The notes beneath the pieces were generated by a model that was given only the letters and a program-made list of their open reading frames with translations, was not told the origin of the DNA and ran no database searches. A DNA stretch of 64,000 bases from Laetmonice hystrix. Taxonomy: Eukaryota. A program made the translations under genes and the position numbers. How positions within the stretch are numbered: position 1 is the first letter of the stretch; every line of letters begins with the position of its first letter. Shown here one piece after another: positions 40,179 to 53,105 of this stretch. The stretch covers positions 8,556,001-8,620,000 of the forward strand of contig OZ249439.1 of the NCBI GenBank assembly GCA_965235115.1. Reading direction: 5' to 3'.

Positions 40179-40978
40179 TTCGGACATGAGGCACTCCAGC
40201 ACCTCGGCACAGCTCGGCATGGCCACAAGGCGCGGGGCGGTGGGGAATACCACACAGGTGGTGCCCCCGACGGTCATTTAATACACTCCACCAGATACAA
40301 ATACACGTGCTGACCTTACATATTAATATACCTGACTAGCCTTTACTTAAATACAAGTACGGCAAAAGAAGCAACCTCCTCATTTTGCATAACCAGGGAA
40401 TATGTTCTTGAAAACGGCGACATGCCCCCGGGAACACTAGAAGTGGATGTTTTATCATTCAAGGTTTTATAGTTATGATAGGGTAACCGCAATACAAGTC
40501 TATACCCGTAACCCGTCTGCGACTGCAATACAAGTCCACATTTGTTTTACTTTACATGGGCGCCAGGACATTGACCCCTCGTCCCGAATCATGACCCCCT
40601 AAACGGTCGTACCCCTAGCCTCGGGGAATGGGGCTAGCCACACTGGGGCCCGGTGACGTCTACCCTACCCCCCCCCCCCCCCACCCTCCTCCCCAAACTC
40701 TGCAACCATCGGAGGTTGGTCTAGATGTGGCATGTATACCATCTGTACGCAAGCACTAGGTCTACTGCATATCCAACCTTTGAGATTGTCCCAACCCTTA
40801 AATAAAACAACATGCAAATGAAACACACCTGTGAAACTGTAATAATTAGTACAATCCGATGATTTCTTCTATTACAGACCAACTCATTGTTAGAGACCAC
40901 CTCATTGTTACAACTGCTGCTATCATTTCCTATCTCCAATCATTGTTCCTCATGGTCTGAATGACAACTGAACAGTGG

Positions 40979-41081
40979 GTGTAGACATTACCTCCCTGCA
41001 TGTTACCGAACGGTCAGTGTAGACATTACCTCCCTGCATGTTACCGCACAGTCGGTGTAGACATTACCTCCCTGCATGTTG
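40979..41081. repeat. 38-bp repeat, ~3 copies
   Basis: GTGTAGACATTACCTCCCTGCATGTT at 40979, 41017, 41055. Confidence 0.9.
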
Positions 41082-41127
41082 TCCCTATTATTTACCAAGG
41101 CCTAATCTAAAGGTGTATCACAGAGGT

Positions 41128-41244
41128 ACAGTGAGGAGTTTCAGGTGTGTTAACACCTGTGATTGGACAGTGAGGAGTTTCAGGTGTGTTAACACCTGTG
41201 ATTGGACAGTGAGGAGTTTCAGGTGTGTTAACACCTGTGATTGG
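41128..41244. repeat. 39-bp repeat, 3 copies
   Basis: Unit ACAGTGAGGAGTTTCAGGTGTGTTAACACCTGTGATTGG. Confidence 0.93.
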
Positions 41245-42060
41245 AGAACAATGAGCCAGGACCTCCTGGCCCCAATCTCCACGCCTCCATATCCACTGTC
41301 AACAAATGCACGCCAGCAGTGCGTGCAGATTTGAAATAGCATTAATGATACCATGTGTATTCGATTATCATACGTCATTTCATTTATTACATTACTCAAT
41401 CTGCGTTGTTAATGTAATGTGCGCGAAATTTGCAGAGATGAAATAAATTAGTGCGCGAACAATGCCCCATTATGAAAGCCAAATTGGGTAATGGCAAACG
41501 AAATGCCGTTGTGTGTAGCGAGGCTATTCTGCTCTAATGAAATCAGTCGTCTGCACCCAACCACAGGTCGAGTCGCCATTTTCTGCGGGGCATAATTGCG
41601 CATTGACCTCCTGACCTGCAGACAACAAACGCGCAGGCGGTACGCTGGTTGAGCTGCCGGATCCTGTTCGCCAAACTCACAGCCCCGTCCAGATTAATGC
41701 TAATCCAGCGTTCACATCCCACAAACTACCTACCGTTACGTGACGCCCAGGGGGTTGGAACGTTATGGTGGGGAGAATCGGTGAGATTCAGTCACGGAGC
41801 AGGGGTCAAAGGTCGGACGACAAGTTGAGCGGTTGAGTCGGGTCGGCACCACGACAATTTCATGGTCTGAGACACCGTGGGTCCCCCGCCACTGGTACCG
41901 CTACACTGCGGGTCTGCTGGTGACGGGGGTGGGGTGGGGTACACCCCCCCCCTCCCGTCCCGTCCCAACACCGGCTCGAGTACCGGCCTCCAAACTCTGC
42001 ATCTGGCTCACGTACACAGTAACTGGAGACTTGGGACACATCTTGTGCAACTCTACCACA

Positions 42061-42315
42061 ATCAGGAGGCATAGGAAGATATTATACTGACGGCCTCTAT
42101 GGCGATCAGGAGGCATAGGGAGATATATTGACTGAATGCATGACGATCAGGAGGCATAGGAAGATATACTGACTGCCTCTATGACGATCAGGAGGCATAG
42201 GAAGATATTATATTGACTGCCTCTATGACGATCAGGAGGCATAGGAAGTTATTATATTGACTGCCTCTATGGCGATCAGGAAGCATAGGAACATATACTG
42301 ACTGCCTGCATGACG
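42061..42315. repeat. ~44-bp minisatellite, ~6 copies
   Basis: Unit ATCAGGAGGCATAGGAAGATATTATATTGACTGCCTCTATGACG with indels. Confidence 0.9.
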
Positions 42316-42344
42316 GAGGCATATAGATTGACAGGCTGTCAAAG

Positions 42345-42684
42345 ACAAGCTCGGGGGCCAGAGTATCTTTTGGCCCCCTCCCCCCACTTTTTCCCTCCCC
42401 TTGACTTTTGCCATTGGAAGTGTATGGAAGTCTATGGGGGGGGAGGGTATTTTCTCATATTTCAGACCTTATTTTGTGCTCTAAGATGCACCAAATGTCA
42501 CCAAATTACACTATAAATTTCAAAATTTTTCGGGGGGGGGGGGGCATGCCCCGGACCCCCTAGCATGGCTTCGCGCCTTCGGCGCTCGCCCAGTCCCCCC
42601 GCCAAACTGTAATCCCCCTCGAAAAGTCCTGCGCATGGCCCTGTTGGCCCCCCCCACTTTTAAAGTGCTTCCTACGCCCCTGCT
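42345..42684. mobile_element. Fragment of a common non-autonomous DNA-transposon-like repeat
   Basis: G-tract-GCATGCCCCGGACCCCCTAG, GC hairpin GCGCC-TTC-GGCGC (42573-42585) and terminus-like CTTCCTACGCCCCTG; this style resembles widespread invertebrate MITE-like repeats from memory; partner TIR not seen. Confidence 0.45.
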
Positions 42685-45657
42685 TTAGAACACATGCAAT
42701 GCCTATATATGAATGAGATTATCCTATTTTACTTTCATTTCGCTCTCCTTCCACACAAGCAACGCTATCTGCTATAATCAGCGTACTGCAAGATATAGCC
42801 CAGGCCATAAACACTGCCTCCGGGAAGGGGGATGATGGGAGGGTAGAAGGCTAAACTGATACATGTGTATACGATATGGCAACTACTGTCGCATGTGGCA
42901 CAGCACGCAGTCAAGCGCATAGACAGCATTCCACCTAATTCTGCTGCCCGGCCCAATACTAGGAAGCAGCTGCTGGTTTGGCGCTTGGCTGGACAAGGAA
43001 GTGAGCCGAGACGGAGGCGCCTCTACTAGCGTCAGGCTGGATCAGTGTGATGGCCGCATCTTCATTATCCTCGCATCCTCCCACCCAAACACAATTCCAG
43101 GCCAATAGAGGGCGCTCTCAAGGTCATTTTCGACTTGGGCGACCTTCTAATTTCCGTGGTTCACTAGTGACAAAGTAGACATGGCATTCCGCGGTTTGAC
43201 TGGATAAAGTCACGTTGAGCTCATGGAGGTGGGTGGTACTGTGTGCTCTCCTAAAATAACAGTTAGGAAAAAAAATGTTCCCGAACCAATGGAGCTAGAG
43301 CTCGCCGACATAATCCTTCGACTTCAGACATCTGTCTCCGTATCCTTTGTCATACTCGCTTCTCTGCCTCTGTCCAACCATGGTAGGCCTATATATTGGA
43401 GCTCCACATTTCAGTGTCATGTCCTCTTGTAATATTCATAATGTTAATGGTCAACTAACGCTCCATACAGAACAATATGTGAAAGTGCATCCATGGCGGA
43501 ACAAAAATAAACAAATAAGAAAAAGAGAATAAGAGTTTCAGAAATTTCTAAAAGCACAAGCACCGTTGTATTTTTTTCTATATACCAGGACAGGTGTCAT
43601 GAGTACCGTGGGTCACACGGCAGGGGAACGTTAGATACAGGTCTAAATCCGGCTTATATAGCGCGTCCCATTGTCTACAGTCGGCTCCGCTCCACACACA
43701 AGGCAGATGTCCCAGGGTAGCGTTGAGTGACTTATTAACTTAGGAAACACATCTAATTCTCCGTGCATTCCTCACTCTCATTCAGGACATTAGCAGCTTA
43801 ATGTCCGATGTCCACAGAAACGTGACGGCCTTATTCAGCTTCCTCAGACTCTCACTTAATAAGATGTTAAAATGCTTGCCTGATTGCCATCGAGTGATGC
43901 CAAAGACAATTACGAGCAGTATTAGTTGATTTTTCCGGGCGACCCCATTAGTAGGCAGGCTGGCCGCTAGGCGGCGCGCACGATGGGTCGGCGATGGAGC
44001 GTACACGGCAGATGGTGGATGCCTTCTGGTCGGAAACTCTTCCTCCCCGGGGATCAGATAGCTACACTGCAGGACCCGCGGATGGCGGATCTACTACTGT
44101 CAGAATACTACGGCTGAAAGCCAGCCGTGACACACAAACACTGCTTGTATTACTGAGCCAAGGCGCCCATCATGTCCTGAAATATCCTTACATAATTATA
44201 GACTAGATCTATTCAAGAGTTCCTGCCGTGTACATAGTTGCATATGCCGACCTTGGCTATAGAGAAAGGTCTTGATATTGTTTACATATGACCTCAGCGT
44301 AACGGACACTTATAATATTATGTAACTTTGGTGACATTTAGCAGTTATGATGTATCTCCTAAATAAACAATATGTATGCCCGGTAGCGACGTACTCTGAC
44401 AGCGATGTTTCGGGAGCGGTCAGATAAGGCCCTGCCCCACGAATACTGTTCGTTGGCAACCGTCAGCGGAGACGTGGGAATATAGGATAATCTCAAAGAT
44501 CAGACAGATCTGTTGACAAACGAAGAATACCAAAAGATTTCCTAAACAATGTGCAACCGCTTGTCTTGTCCCTAATAAGCATACGCCCTCTAGCGGCCAC
44601 TGCGGTTGTAGAAGCAGCTTTGGGTGTTGTCACAGCAGCACCGTGAAATGCCGTTAGACTAGAGAACAGGCAGTGCAGACGGGCACACCACGTGGGAACT
44701 GTGCCGGAAGGCAGGCGGGTAGACAGGCGGGACACGATGATGCTGCCTAGCCTCGGGTAAAGTAAGATGCCAATATGGCGAGACTACCATAACATTGACA
44801 CAAGCAACGTGCGCAGCCGGCAGGCGCAGGGCGGAAAACACGTGACCTGTTCACTTCCGCCGTGTTTCCAAACAACCCAGCCAGCGCTCCACGCAGCTGG
44901 CTGTGTCAATTCTGTGTACAAACCCGGGCAAAGTCAAAGGAACGTTGTCAGCACCATAACGTGTCAATTACACCTCAACTATAGCCATCAAATGACCCGG
45001 GAAATGGCAGAGTTTCAAAACCAACTTCAAACGTGCGCCACCCAAAAGCACAAAATCTTAAAATAACTCGAAAAAGAATGTTTTGAATATTTCTTTCAGA
45101 CAACGAAGTAAAAATCCGGTTATTGAGAGGTACAGCTCATATCCTGCCTTCTGTAATGGTCGTAAAAACGTGGTGGCCTTCAGTGGTGGGTCTACTAATG
45201 TATCCAGCTTGTGGTGGTGGTGGTCGGTGGGGTGGGGCTGTCAGACCCGAGTCTGCCAGGTCCCCGAGGAGCCACCAACTGATGACAGCTGACAACAATA
45301 TGGCCGACATTGTTCTCTCTCTGCCGTACTCCAGGGACGAGTGCCAGTCCTGGCCCCTCCTGCCCCTCCTCCTGTGTCGTGCATTAAGACGACCTCTCGG
45401 GAATTCCCCTAATGGGTTTTCCATGGCCGCCACGCGCTCCAGTCACCTAGCCACGCCGCCATCAGTCACCTCGGCAGCTGAGCGCACGTGCTTCTAACCA
45501 CAGATATTTCCATGCTAGCCAAGGAAAATACTCTCACATGATTTATATAGGGACTAGCAAATATTCACAAAAAGTCACTTCTAGCTTTAATCAGGACGGT
45601 GTTTTTGTAATACAGCTATGCTGAATGCACACAGGGTCTGGTGGCAATAAAGGGCAT

Positions 45658-45789
45658 GCAGCGGCGGAGGCAAGGGGTTTAGGGGGAGGGCACCAATTTT
45701 TTTAATTTTTTTTTTCATAGAGATAACTCAATTGACCTCGTTGGGCTCGCCTTGCCAGATCCCCCTCCTGTCCAAAATCCGGCCCCTGT
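45658..45789. mobile_element. Possible short MITE-like remnant
   Basis: Imperfect termini CAGCGGCGGA ... TCCGGCCCCTG with G-rich/C-rich subtermini; no clear TSD. Confidence 0.3.
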
Positions 45790-45919
45790 ATAAGTTACTG
45801 GGGATCCGTATATCTATAGCTACGGCTAGCAGTCCGTGCTCGTCGTAAGCCATCCCCCACCAGTAGACGTATCGGTGGTGGGGATAGGTCCGATTGAACG
45901 GTGAACAGATGAATGTAAA

Positions 45920-46174
45920 CTGTAAGGTAGACAGGTGATCGTGGTGCAAGGGCCTAACGAGGGCAGACCACTGTAAGGTAGACAGGTGATCGTGGTGTAA
46001 GGTACTAACGAGGGCAGACCACTGTAAGGTAGACAGGTGATCGTGGTGTAAGGGCCTAACGAGGGCAGACCACTGTAAGGTAGACAGGTGATCGTGGTGT
46101 AAGGGCCTAACGAGGGCAGACCACTGTAAGGTAGACAGGTGATCGTGGTGTAAGGGCCTAACGAGGGCAGACCA
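45920..46174. repeat. 51-bp minisatellite, 5 copies
   Basis: Unit CTGTAAGGTAGACAGGTGATCGTGGTGTAAGGGCCTAACGAGGGCAGACCA; followed by (TCC)n at ~46233-46290. Confidence 0.95.
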
Positions 46175-46834
46175 CAGGGGTACCACAGCTTGCCATCATT
46201 TGTATGCACACACCTCAGCCGGACCTCCTCCCCATCCTCCTCCCTATCCTCCTCCTCCTCCTCCTCCTCCTCCTCCTCCTCCTCCTCCTCCATACCCGCA
46301 TCCACCGGTAACAACAGCTGTTATAAACACGGCATGGATGTAAATTACCACCAAGAACTAAAGGTGTGAGAATGTGGCAGACAGATACACAAATACTATA
46401 GCCACGGATCCATCGACTGCAACGTTTGCAATGTACATGTATAATATTACAAAATACACATGTATATACATGCCAGCATTCATTTATTCATATCGTTCAT
46501 TCAAATATATAAATTATTGCAGACATGTATCACGTTCAAATATTATATAGAGAAAGTAAGAACACTATAGATATATGAATGGAGCTGGAAGGTTCCCACG
46601 GTACCAAAAAACACGGTACCTCTAGAACACATACCTGAGCAGGCAGCAGACAGGCGCAATGACAGGTAGCAGCGTAATTAGGTCAATAATGACTCTTTCT
46701 ATTGTAGCGCCAGGCATCAGATTGTCTGGGCTGTCTTGTCATCTTCTGACCCGCCCCCTAATAAGACTTGAGAGGCGTCAGACTCGGCGGATCGGGCGGC
46801 AGTGGGCGGACAATGGACGCCATCAATATTAGCC

Positions 46835-47388
46835 ACTGACCGTTATATGTATACTGACAGGGCTGACCGTGACGCAGACATCGTCTGTGTGTTAGAGGTG
46901 ACCGGACAGTATGGGATACTCTGTGTGACAGGGGACTACAGCCTGACTGACCGTTATATGTATACTGACACGTCTGACCGTGACGCAGACATCGTCTGTG
47001 TTAAAGGTGACCGGACAGTATGGAGGGATACTCTGTGTGACAGGGGACTACAGCCTGACTGACCGTTATATGTATACTGACAGGGCTGACCGTGACGCAG
47101 ACATCGTCTGTGTTAAAGGTGACCGGACAGTATGGAGGGATACTCTGTGTGACAGGGGACTACAGCCTGACTGACCGTTATATGTATACTGACAGGGCTG
47201 ACTGTGACGCAGACATCGTCTGTGTTAAAGGGGACCGGACAGTATGGAGGGATACTCTGTGTGACAGGGGACTACAGCCTGACTGACCGTTATATGTATA
47301 CTGACAGGGCTGACCGTGACGCAGACATCGTCTGTGTTAGAGGTGACCGGACAGTATGGAGGGATACTCTGTGTGTGACAGGGGACTA
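46835..47388. repeat. 112-bp tandem array, 5 copies
   Basis: Period 112 (ORF starts 46980, 47092, 47204). Confidence 0.95.
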
Positions 47389-50300
47389 ACAGCATGTATG
47401 TCGAGTACTAAAATGTAAAGGATTTTATAAAACGCCTTTATGTCATTGTAAAATACTTTGGGCGACCAGGGCGACAATAAATGTCCTACAATATTATGAT
47501 GTACAGTTCAGATATAACCCACGAGTTGGTATATAAAGGGTATATTCCGTGTTTAAAAACTTGATACCAATGTGAACCCCCTGCCAAGGACGACAAGTTA
47601 TCTACAGGTAAGGACGCCGATAAGCCGTGGTATACCTTGGGGTCACCTTGCAATGGTCGGATCATGACCAGGCCGTGCAACACGACACTAGAACTCCTTA
47701 TCTTACACCTTAACTCCACCACCGGATGGTTTATCGTCAGCTTCATGAGCTCCGTATAAAGTATGACCCACGCCCGGACATCACCGAGAACATGCACCAA
47801 GATATCGGCCATATGGTTTAGGATATCGGCGATATGGTTTTAGATATCGGCGATAGGTTTGGCGTGCTTATCTGTACACGTTACGCTGCATTAAGCCATG
47901 GGTGGGACAGCCATACGTCACGGCAGAGCTTTGTCACATGGGCAGGCTCCGGGACGTCTTCTTTTGTGTGGGTTATTGCAGTGTCGGAGCCGCTCTCATA
48001 TAGTAAACTCTCCTTTCTCTTCTTTAGGTCGGCCTTACACACGTACATGGTACCAGATGCGGGACGAGCAAGGCAAGCCCAGCCGTTGATATTCTAGAAG
48101 AAATATAGGGATGGTGTACGGGGAAAAGATTGCCCAATTTACACGTTCAGCGAGAGGTTGTAAACTTAGCGTGTTGTTTTACACGCAGTGTTTGCGCCTG
48201 GCAGCCTCCATGGGGCCCGAGTGGAGGGTGGTGTGTGAGAGCCGTCCCCGGTGGTCCGTCCTGGCCTCGAGTTGGATACGAACTGTGGATAACCAGCCGG
48301 AGATACACACCTGCCGACTGTCGGCGCCGACACTCCGGGAGAAGTTGAAACATTAAACTTCTCTCTCCCACAGGAGGCGATTCGGCCCGCCCTTCTCCCC
48401 TGGAGCCGCGCGCCTCCTGGGCAGACCCGTGACATGGACCGACGGAATTCGGCGACCTTCTGGGGTCTCCGGCGGCGGACTGGGGTACTCGAGGAGCTGG
48501 GCGACGGATGGGGGAAGGGACAGGGCTACGACATGGAGAGACTGTAAGGGACGGCCTATAGAACTGGGAAAGGGACAGGGGAATAGGTCAGGGAGGGACA
48601 GGGACCACGTAGCCGGTAGAAGGGAAGGGCCGACAGGCGGACCAGATGAAGACGGGGTAAGGACCGCCGAACAGACTAGGAAGGGTGAAGGGTCAGGGGG
48701 GTACGAGGCAGGGACCGAGAGAGTCTGTCCCCCTGCCCCTCTTGGGTTCGTCCAATAAGGCGTGATCCTCGCGCCGAGACTTGACCTCATCACCGACCGC
48801 CGGAGTTCTGGAGCCAGCCGTATCAGTTCGGATGGCGTGTGCCGACTTGCTGCAAGAAAGCATTGCGTCAGGCAAGCTTCCAGCAAATTATTCCCGGCAT
48901 CTGTCTCGGCAGGGGGTCTGTGATACCTGCTGGGGGTACATTAACAAGTCGGATACACATCGCTCTAGATTTCCACCTAGGATTACGCATGTTCTCCGGG
49001 AACCAGTATCCGTGAGATATAATGTCGGAGAGCTTTACATAATGCACTATATAACTAGATGTCGTTTCCGACCACTCTCTGATGTTCCCAGCATCTTGCT
49101 CTTTTTCTCATCAGGATAAAAACAGCTCACTTTAATTAAGAAATTGTATATGACAGGCGGAGGGCTTCGGCCCTGCTGCGCAATAATTCAAGGCCTTACA
49201 GGTATGAAACGCATGGCTATACATTTATCATTATTATGATTTTTTTTTACTTACTACGTAGGATCCAGTAAAAACCTCCAATACACCAGTTTTGTGAGTC
49301 ATGGATAGTCTTATAGCTATAGTTTTTGTTAAATCCAGTTTGGTGTGAGGGATCCTATACAGAGACCAAAGAATCTTGACGTTTTTGTGACTACACTTCA
49401 TACATCGATAAATGACCTGTTAATAAATCCACGTTCATTGTGGAATTCCCGGAGGTAGTTTGCTATTTAACTCAACTTAACCCTCGTGAGGGTGCTAGCA
49501 TGTACAAGGAGCTGTGCGGCCGGGGACCGTGGAAGAAGACGTATGACTGTGAGGGCACTCGGCCGGTAGCGCCCCCGGGGAGGGCCGTGGTGGGTGCCGG
49601 TCGTGATGGATAAGGCCCGGGGTCAGGCCACGCCCGCCCGTCCCTCCTCATCGTCCCTCCCGCCGGGCCAACGGTTGTCACATTGGGGATCATATTCCTG
49701 ATCGCCTTCACCGAGCGACCATCAATCTTAAGCCGTACCCGGGGGGCCAGGCCCTCCCGCCGACCCTCCCTGGGGCGGTCCCCCGCGCCGCCGGCCCTCA
49801 CCTGATCCCTGCGGACCCCAGTCGACACGATAACCGGGCCGGGCCGGTCAGCAGGCCCACCTTTCTACATGTCTTCAACATTTTCTTAGATAAACAAAGA
49901 AGTAAATCGGTGGCGTGGACGGCGCCGTGTGATGAGACGCACTCGGCACGCCCTGCCGGGACCCCCGTCACCCCCTGCCCGACACCACCCCCTACATACC
50001 CCAAACATCTCCTAATTATAACTCAGAGATGGAACAGGGCTCTGACCTCCTGACTGGAAATCTACGCGTATATAATTTCTCTTCATTTAATATCTGTGGC
50101 CATACATCATACCTGAGGTATCTATATATAAACCGGCGAGGTGCAAGAAACTGTGCATCAGGTAAAACACACTAATCTCTCATACCATGAATCAACACGG
50201 TATCCGTACATTACAACATGAAGGCCAGGCATCACCTTATAGTCTATGTAATCTTCTCAAGTCAAAGTCACAGTATCTTATTCCAAACTTGTCATTACAA

Positions 50301-50413
50301 CATATCTAATATTGAATTTAATCTGGATGTTTTTGGGTATAATATACAAGCACATAAATACCGAATCCAGTAATTGTGATATGTATCCCTGAAAGCCGGA
50401 AATGAAGTAAGGC

Positions 50414-50685
50414 GTTCCGGAAGTTGTTTGCTAAATGAGAAGTAACAGGACATTTCGAAACTTGTCCACATTCGCCATGAGCAAACAACAGCCAATGTCT
50501 CAATGTTCCGAAAGTTGTTTGCTAAATGAGAAGTAACAGGACATTTCGAAACTTGTCCACATTCGCCATGAGCAAACAACAGCCAATGTCTCAATGTTCC
50601 GAAAGTTGTTTGCTAAATGAGAAGTAACAGGACATTTCGAAACTTGTCCACATTCGCCATGAGCAAACAACAGCCAATGTCTCAA
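50414..50685. repeat. 91-bp tandem array, 3 copies, each with internal inverted repeats
   Basis: Starts 50414, 50505, 50596. Confidence 0.95.
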
Positions 50686-51896
50686 GCTACATTAATGATA
50701 GTCCCTCCAAGGTTTCAGATACACTACTGGCACTATTTACTCCAGGACTTCTTTCACAGCATATGAATACAAGGGCATTGAGGTATTTCAACTTCCGGTG
50801 TATTTTTGACGCACCCATTTCGGCCCTCCTAACCAGGGGAGGGCTTTATATGTCGCGAAGAAACCTGATTTGCATGTGGATTGCGTGTGGGTTAATATTT
50901 TTCCAATCTCTTAGTCTACCCCAAACTATCCGCAGTCGGTGCGGGTACATATCCCTACCCTGATCTACCACTATACATGATGATAAGATCGAGGATGGAG
51001 ACGAAGCCAGCTGTCTGACCTTCTTTGAGCACCCAAGGGTAGTCTATATAAATGACTTACTTTGCACCTTGGACATACGACAAGAAATATCCATTTTCTG
51101 GAAACCATATGTCATCATGGTTGGCGTGACGGCTCCGTTGTTTACCTGTTGGTGGGTGGCGAGGGGGGAGGCGACGCTGTCTGTCGGAGTTCTGGCCATG
51201 TTTTATGGTGCTGTGTCGTCTTCAAGTACTAACCGATGGCTAAGATACGATTGGGGCCATTTGAAGAGGTCGGTTGGCCGAAAGCCTGCCTGACGCCAGC
51301 CGCATTGTCCCCGCTTTCAGTGCGGCCTGCTTGGCCCCGTATACAGGGATCCAATCAGGGCTGGGGACTTGGTGGGGTCATGGGGTCAGACGATATAATC
51401 GCGACCAGCTAGCGTGGCGTGATGGGTGTCTCAATGCTATCTGATCGGGTTGGAGTCACTCTCAAATGTCGTGCTCTGTTACCCTCTCAGCCTCATACCC
51501 TACCCTCTCAACCTCTATCCAAGCCGCTTATATATACCCTCTACTCCATCCTATACCACACCCTTCCAAACTCTACCCCATCCTGTCAAACTCTATCCCA
51601 TCCTCTCAAAATCTGTCAACCCCATCTCTGCCCTATAGGTCTGTTCCTTGAACCCACTCGTTCACCCTGTATCCCACCCCCTAACCATGTACCCAACCCT
51701 TAACCCTGTACCCCCTTCTCACTCTCTACCCACCCTCTCACCCCCTGAGGACCCTGTAAGTACACCACATATGATTTTACCCCTAACGCTCCAAGCATCC
51801 TGCAGGTCCCTTCTGTCTTCAGCCAGAGACTTGCCTCCGTCCTCCCGCAAGGATCATGAGCCCATATCCTCCTGGCCGTCCCCTCCAAAACCCGAC

Positions 51897-52106
51897 CACC
51901 TTCCTTGCCATCCCTCAAACAATGTCACAGCCACACCCAGAAGTTCTCCTTTCATCCTGACAGGAGACGCTTCATCTGCTCCTATAGCAGAGTTTAAAAC
52001 CCTCTCACCTTCCTTGCCATCCCTCAAACAATGTCACCACCACACCCAGAAGTTCTCCTTTCATCCTGACAGGAGACGCTTCATCTGCTCCTATAGCAGA
52101 GTTTTA
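51897..52106. repeat. 110-bp direct duplication
   Basis: TTCCTTGCCATCCCTCAAAC... at 51901 and 52011. Confidence 0.92.
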
Positions 52107-52440
52107 CATATACCGGTATAGATATAGCAGTCGTGCCTTCCTACGTAGTTTCCTGCGTAATTACCTATAACTTACCTACAATTATAATCGCATACGACCA
52201 CATAAAAAAATCTGTCTTCGGTGATAAATTGTACATGAGCGGTTGAATGGAATAGTCCATGATAATCATTACATTTACAGTCGGTATTTTGTTCGGAGGT
52301 AACAATAGACACGTTCATCGCCAAGTCTATCTGAGAAAAAATATCGACGGAATCTGTGCTAGATCCCCCATTATATACAATCTCCACGAAATCTGCGGGT
52401 AGGAACTGACAATCACGATTCCAGGCCCCAAGGTCCTAAT

Positions 52441-53105
52441 CCCGGTCCCCTGATCTCCAAAACACTTATCCCTACCCCATGATCTCTCCCTGACACTAAC
52501 CCCTACTCCCGGTCCCCTGACCTCCAACAAACTTATCCCTACCCCATGATCTCTCCCTTACACTAACCCCTACTCCCGGTCCCCTGACCTCAAAAAAACT
52601 TATCCCTACCCCATGATCTCTCCCTGACACTAACCCCTACTCCCGGTCCCCAGACCTCAAAAAAACTTATCCCTACCCCATGATCTCTCCTGTACACTAA
52701 CCCCTACTCCCGGTCCCCTGATCTCCAAAAAAACGTATCCCTACCCCATGATCTCTCCTGTACACTAACCCCTACTCCCGGTCCCCTGATCTCCAAAAAA
52801 ACGTATCCCTACCCCATGATCTCTCTCTTACACTAACCCCTACTCCCGGTCCCCAGACCTCCAAAAAACGTATCCCTACCCCATGACCTCTCCCTGACAC
52901 TAACCCCTACTCCCGGTCCCCAGACCTCAAAAAAGCTTATCCCTACCCCATGATCTCTCCCTGACGCTAACCCCTACTCCCGGTCCCCAGACCTCAAAAA
53001 AACTTATCCCTACCCCATGATCTCTCCCTTACACTAACCCCTACTCCCGGTCCCCTGACCTCAAAACAACTTATCCCTACCCCATGATCTATCCCTGACA
53101 CTAAT
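52441..53105. repeat. 67-bp C-rich minisatellite, ~10 copies
   Basis: CCCGGTCCCC at 52441, 52508 ... Confidence 0.94.

Noticed and set aside
49161-49174. AGGGC-TTCG-GCCCT hairpin as terminator or Helitron end
   Set aside because: Only a 5-bp stem, no U-tract or CTRR terminus nearby, eukaryotic context.
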